The notes beneath the pieces were generated by a model that searched no databases, was not told the origin of the DNA, and worked only from the letters and a program-made list of their open reading frames with translations. Made by a program: the position numbers and the translations under genes. Positions 62,830 through 64,000 of a stretch of DNA of 64,000 nucleotides are shown here, in pieces (positions within the stretch are counted from its first letter, which is position 1; every line of letters starts with the position of its first letter). Source of the stretch: an uncultured Spirochaetales bacterium (GTDB taxonomy: Bacteria > Myxococcota_A > UBA9160 > UBA6930); NCBI GenBank assembly GCA_964615365.1, contig CAZTOU010000009.1, positions 66,309 to 130,308 of the forward strand, written 5' to 3'.

Positions 62830-63421
62830 ACGGCCTCGGCTGGCGGGCTAACAGCAGGGCGTGGATCCGGAGATCGTCGGTGAGCTCGGGATGGAAGGTG
62901 GCGGCGAGCAGCCTCCCCTGGCGCACCAGGACGGGCGTTCCGTCGACACGGGCGAGCACCTCGACCCCGTCTCCCGGATCTCGAAGTCGCGGAGCCCGGA
63001 TGAAGACGCAGCGGAGGCCCTCCAGGCCCGGGGCGACACCCGGATCCACCTGAGCGGCGAAGGAGTCCACCTGGGTACCGTAGGCGTTCCGAACCGATGC
63101 CACGTCCAGGAGACCGAGAGATCGAACCGGGTGCCGATCCACTTCGACCTCCCGACCCAGGAGGATCGCCCCGGCACAGGTCCCGAGGATCGGGAGGCCG
63201 GCCCGACCGGCCTCCCGAAGCGGCGAATAGAACCCGAGCCGGTCGAGACCCTTGGCGATGGTGGTGCTCTCCCCACCCGGGAGAATCAGCGCGTCCAGGC
63301 TCTGGAGATCCTTCTCGCGGAGCACCGGAACCGCCTCGCAGCCCAGCCGTTCTACCGATCGGCCGTGGGCCCCGAAGTCCCCCTGGATCGCCAGGATCCC
63401 GACCCGAGCTCTGGCCCGCAT
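62828..63421 (-). CDS. pdxT: Pyridoxal 5'-phosphate synthase, glutaminase subunit
   Basis: ATG at 63421. GILAIQGDF, LILPGGESTT, nucleophile GTCAG and FHPELT motifs. Confidence 0.88.
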   Translation of the reverse strand: MRARARVGILAIQGDFGAHGRSVERLGCEAVPVLREKDLQSLDALILPGGESTTIAKGLDRLGFYSPLREAGRAGLPILGTCAGAILLGREVEVDRHPVRSLGLLDVASVRNAYGTQVDSFAAQVDPGVAPGLEGLRCVFIRAPRLRDPGDGVEVLARVDGTPVLVRQGRLLAATFHPELTDDLRIHALLLARQPRP

Positions 63422-63446
63422 TTCGCGCCCGCTCGCTACCAGCTCG

Positions 63447-64000
63447 CTACCAGCCGCGATTGGCCAGCCGCTCGCTCTCGGAGAGAGTCTCCATCTCGAT
63501 CCCCTCCATGGCACTGCCGAGACCGCGAGAGGCGTTCAGGACCTCCTCGGGCTCCCGCCAGTGGGTGGTGGCGTGGACGACCGCCTTGGCCCGAGCCGCG
63601 GGATCCGCGCTCTTGAAGATCCCCGAGCCGACGAAGACCGACTCCGCACCGAGACTCATGCAGAGCGCGGCATCGGCCGGCGTCGCGATGCCGCCGGCGG
63701 CGAAGTTCGGGACGGGGAGCTTCCCCTCCGCGGCCACCCGGCGCACCAGCTCCGCCGGTGCCTGCAGCTCCTTGGCGCGGGTCACCAGCTCCTCCGGGCG
63801 GAGCGCACCGAGCTCTCGAATGTCACCGCAGACTTGGCGCAGATGACGCACCGCCTCGACGATGTTGCCGCTGCCGGCCTCCCCCTTGGTGCGGATCATC
63901 GCCGCTCCTTCGGCGATCCGGCGAAGGGCCTCGCCGAGATCCCGGCAGCCGCACACGAAGGGAGAGAGGAAGGCGTGCTTGTCCACGTGGTACGCCTCGT
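63447..64000 (-). CDS. pdxS: Pyridoxal 5'-phosphate synthase, lyase subunit (5' end beyond the window)
   Basis: The frame is open to base 64000. Motifs [19 protein letters not shown] and [33 protein letters not shown]. Confidence 0.9.
   Translation of the reverse strand, partial: EAYHVDKHAFLSPFVCGCRDLGEALRRIAEGAAMIRTKGEAGSGNIVEAVRHLRQVCGDIRELGALRPEELVTRAKELQAPAELVRRVAAEGKLPVPNFAAGGIATPADAALCMSLGAESVFVGSGIFKSADPAARAKAVVHATTHWREPEEVLNASRGLGSAMEGIEMETLSESERLANRGW

Noticed and set aside
63432-63453. An 11-bp tandem duplication CTCGCTACCAG x2 spanning the pdxS stop codon, as a possible read-through or recoding signal.
   Set aside because: The second TAG it creates is out of frame with the first, and the duplication is tiny. 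It is most simply a slippage scar in the 25-nt pdxS-pdxT spacer.
1-64000. Mobile elements, prophage, integrons, toxin-antitoxin pairs or known defence systems.
   Set aside because: No integrase, transposase, recombinase, terminal inverted repeats, phage structural genes, or nuclease/helicase/methylase clusters were recognisable in any frame.

Overview
This is a high-GC, strongly GC3-biased, very gene-dense bacterial chromosomal window. I call about 56 protein-coding genes. Many are joined by 1-4 nt start/stop overlaps (ATGA, GTGA, TTGA), which suggests operons. I found no rRNA, tRNA, CRISPR array, transposase, integrase or phage genes. The six-frame track is full of long Arg/Pro/Gly/Ala-rich ORFs that are GC artefacts; I kept only the frames carrying recognisable catalytic or structural motifs. 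Several long track ORFs are read-through extensions of shorter real genes, so I re-derived their starts from internal ATG/GTG/TTG codons with an RBS or coupling.

Content is mostly housekeeping:
- pepN, pcm, a MarR-MFP-RND efflux unit, an acyl-CoA dehydrogenase
- moeA-mobA, an NtrB/NtrC-like pair coupled to thiE and a NupC-type transporter
- ppgK, glgP, a CusRS-like two-component pair, Rrf2-apbC, thiD
- mpl-ldcA peptidoglycan recycling genes, dnaB, rplI-rpsR-rpsF, pdxST

I cannot point to one clear-cut new multi-gene system. The best candidates for a second look are:
1. A Tat-exported type-II DMSO-reductase-family molybdoenzyme with only a TorD-like chaperone (no FeS or haem subunit). It sits next to an uncharacterised Cys-rich protein and behind a perfect 18-bp palindrome whose core recurs upstream of the acyl-CoA dehydrogenase.
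2. Two secreted proteins that share a Cys-bracketed Asp-rich repeat module plus a CG-hydrophobic-IWL-RRR C-terminal tail resembling a MYXO-CTERM-type sorting signal. No sorting enzyme is in the window.
3. A head-to-head AmmeMemoRadiSam pair (radical SAM and AMMECR1) with overlapping start codons and no Memo partner.
4. Two sulfatase-fold lipoproteins with Thr in place of the formylglycine Cys/Ser.

Functional calls come from motif recognition by eye. No database search was run.
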